Origin: Harriotta raleighana
Taxonomy: Eukaryota
Assembly: GCA_050575255.1 (NCBI GenBank)
Contig: JBNZDD010013718.1
Location: forward strand, 3,653,098-3,717,097
Reading direction: 5' to 3'
Length of the DNA stretch: 64,000 nt
Numbering within the stretch: position 1 is the first letter of the stretch; the number at the start of each line of letters is the position of its first letter. Shown here one piece after another: positions 61,503 to 64,000 of this stretch. The position numbers were made by a program, and so were the translations under genes. A model generated the notes under the pieces. The model saw only the letters and a list, made by a program, of their open reading frames with translations, ran no database searches and was not told the DNA's origin.

Positions 61503-63849
61503 AAATGCTAAATTAGTATGACTGAAAATCTATTGTACTGCCCTTGAAAATAAGGTAACATAGGGAGAAGTGAGAGCAGGCTTTAATGTAATACAGTATC
61601 TCATATTGTTAGATTGGAATAATAGTAATTCTTTAAATGTTACACATTGACATCCACAGACCTGTTATTTACTAAAAGAAACTGAATAAAATCATCCCTA
61701 CATGCATATTTAAGTCATCCTCAGATTACCTGCTACTATATTTCCCATCATTTTACCCAGTGTAAGATTACGTATTAAAGAATGGATGTGGTTGAGTATC
61801 TTTGCAGAATTTGTTTGAAAATAGCAGTAAACTAAGGAGAACGTACAGAACTGTCAACATCATTGGAAATATTAAATTATTCTCCCCCTTAATATCCAAG
61901 TGTGCTATTTTCCGCAATGTACCGAAATATTATTTTTATACAGACTGTCTCCAAGATAAAATGCATCATAAAGCCAGTCTGAGTGATTTTCATTGTGAGT
62001 AAATTATGATGTTTTTTCTTAGGTTCCAATGCTTCATAGCAAATGCATTTAGAAATCAAATGCATCTAAATTAGGAAAAATACAGTTTTAAAACATCAAT
62101 ATTTAGTCAACGCTTAGACCATACAAGTTTCATGTAATAAATTCCAATAAAGGAAACAGACCTCTCTAACATACTCTGTGAATATGTTGGCAAGGTGCTT
62201 TACTATTGCCTTGTATCCATTTACACCGTTTCCTTGCACTGAACTGCCTAACAACCATTCTGCAGTATAACATGACACTAAGGAAACAAATCCAGTACTT
62301 AAATGCTAAAACCTTTCCTTGATCATTTTAATGTTTATTTTAATGTTCTTTAGGAAGCACATGAAACAGATGGTTAGCAGGGTAAATGGAGTTCTGGAGC
62401 CGAGGAGGAAATTAGAAACCTGATGTGGTTTTGTGGGCTGGGTTTGTTGTGCTACATTCCTTTGGAAATGCTTGTGTAATTTGACTGTTTTCAAACAGAA
62501 CAGCCTTTTGAAAGCCATAGGAACTAGTCCTAATAGTAGAGACCAGTCCTTTGCCTGTGAGCATCAGACAGTCAGGCTCTTGGGGAAACAACAGAAAGCC
62601 ATTAACTAACCACAGTATTATCTTGATCCTTCGGAGGAATGAGGTATGGACAGCTAATGAACTAACCTTAACATTTCAAACTGAATGTACCTCTGGGAGC
62701 TTCTCTAGAACAAACAGTGTGACAGATCAATCTCTGATCCCTAAATCACGGGAAAAGGTTATTCACTGCCTCAGAGGAATTCTGGGATTGGCGTTTCTCT
62801 CTGATACTATTTCCTTTATTTTAGCCAAATTTGTCATGAGAAACAAAACCCACAGTGTTTTCTGCTCTGGGAGAACTCAATGAATTCATTAACAATTTCA
62901 GTGACAGAAGATGTACAAGCATGTAAAAATTATGAACATATATGTCAGTGCCAATAGAGATGTGAAACCTTTAAGGGCAGTATCTTTGTTAGCTTAATTA
63001 GGGTAAGGTACTATGAAAATATTTTTAAATATTACCCACTGGGGCTATCATTCTAATTACTAATATGACATTAAATAGTGTAATAAATGCCTTATGTCCA
63101 GATTGAGGGCATTATTAAATTAACACTGCATTGTGATCTCAGTACAGCAATGGAAGACAATAGTTAGGGTTGAGGATAGCATGGCATATTGCAGTGGTTT
63201 CTGTTATATAATTGACTGCAAAGCCCTGAGAGAGTAGTTTGTTAATAAAGGGCAGACTGCTTTGAGTCAGCTGCTTGATAACTAGGACTTTTGGTGTTAC
63301 ACTAACAGCCTAGGTGTTGTAAGCCAAAGGCTGGCAGGTTGAGAGTTTATCGTGGCAAATGCGAATGTCATGCAATTCTCATAACAGAGCTGGTCAACAT
63401 TTCAAATACACTTAAAATCTGACTAAATATAGTTTAAAATAAGAAACTAATATATAACATGATACACAAATAATAGCATCAACACTAAAATTTAACAAGT
63501 TGACTTTTGCTTTATAAATTAAACAGGAATTGCACTTTGAAAAGTTGAAACGAGGAAAAAAGTCATGACAAATTGAAAAATACTTAACTTCACTTATATT
63601 AACTTAGAATTTAGATGACTTCAGTGACTTGATGTTCGAAGTGTGTTGGAAGAATCTATTATGCTTAAGAATGCTTTTGACTTTGAGCTGTTCTTTTACG
63701 AAAAAAATCAATGTAATATTAAGCTCCATAATGGTCGGGCAATAAGCCATAGAGCTGGGTGTTTTCAAACTGAAGAGTTAATGGGACAAAAGTTAGGTTC
63801 TGTAATTGTCTATATTGTGTGCTATTGGATGAGCGAGGAGAAAAGCGTT

Positions 63850-63920
63850 CCCTATCCAGTGAACTCTGCTGGAGGAGTGTACAGGAGGACAAGATCAGGC
63901 TCAGTAGCCATTCTCCCATT
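63850..63920 (+). mobile_element. Old SINE internal fragment (same family as 3415-3630)
   Basis: tatccagtgaactctgctgga compared with tgtccagtgacccctgctgga at about 3589. Confidence 0.5.
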
Positions 63921-64000
63921 GTGATTGTTCACATATAAATCGCCACTCAGACCAGTTACTGCAAACTATGTAACCATGTAATACTTCAGAGAATAGATTA

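Overview
This is AT-rich vertebrate genomic DNA, not prokaryotic. The repeat landscape (L2 and CR1 LINEs, tRNA-headed SINEs including Deu-domain SINEs, and a Penelope-type palindrome) points to a cartilaginous fish, probably a chimaera or shark; this is an inference. I find no credible host protein-coding exon, and the ORF track is noise or decayed transposon sequence. The window looks like a gene desert or giant intron. It is rich in CNE/enhancer-like blocks and has a TE-poor, CpG-retaining promoter-like region at about 36.9-40.0 kb, containing a candidate non-coding first exon on the minus strand; I cannot identify the gene. The most distinctive signals are: (1) a minimal type-I hammerhead ribozyme core closed by a 44-bp stem at 1641-1757; (2) a 3'-tail RNA hairpin shared by L2 LINEs, several SINE families and many short stubs, with compensatory base changes; (3) two TA-flanked Tigger/pogo-like MITEs, one CpG-rich with an NRF1-like site; (4) a nuclear-receptor half-site cluster at about 15.95-16.0 kb; (5) fossils of a hAT transposase and of L1/CR1 ORF2; (6) three false tandem duplications flanking single-N contig joins. 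Repeat boundaries are approximate (about +/-20 bp) unless a motif is cited, and family assignments come from remembered motifs, not database searches.
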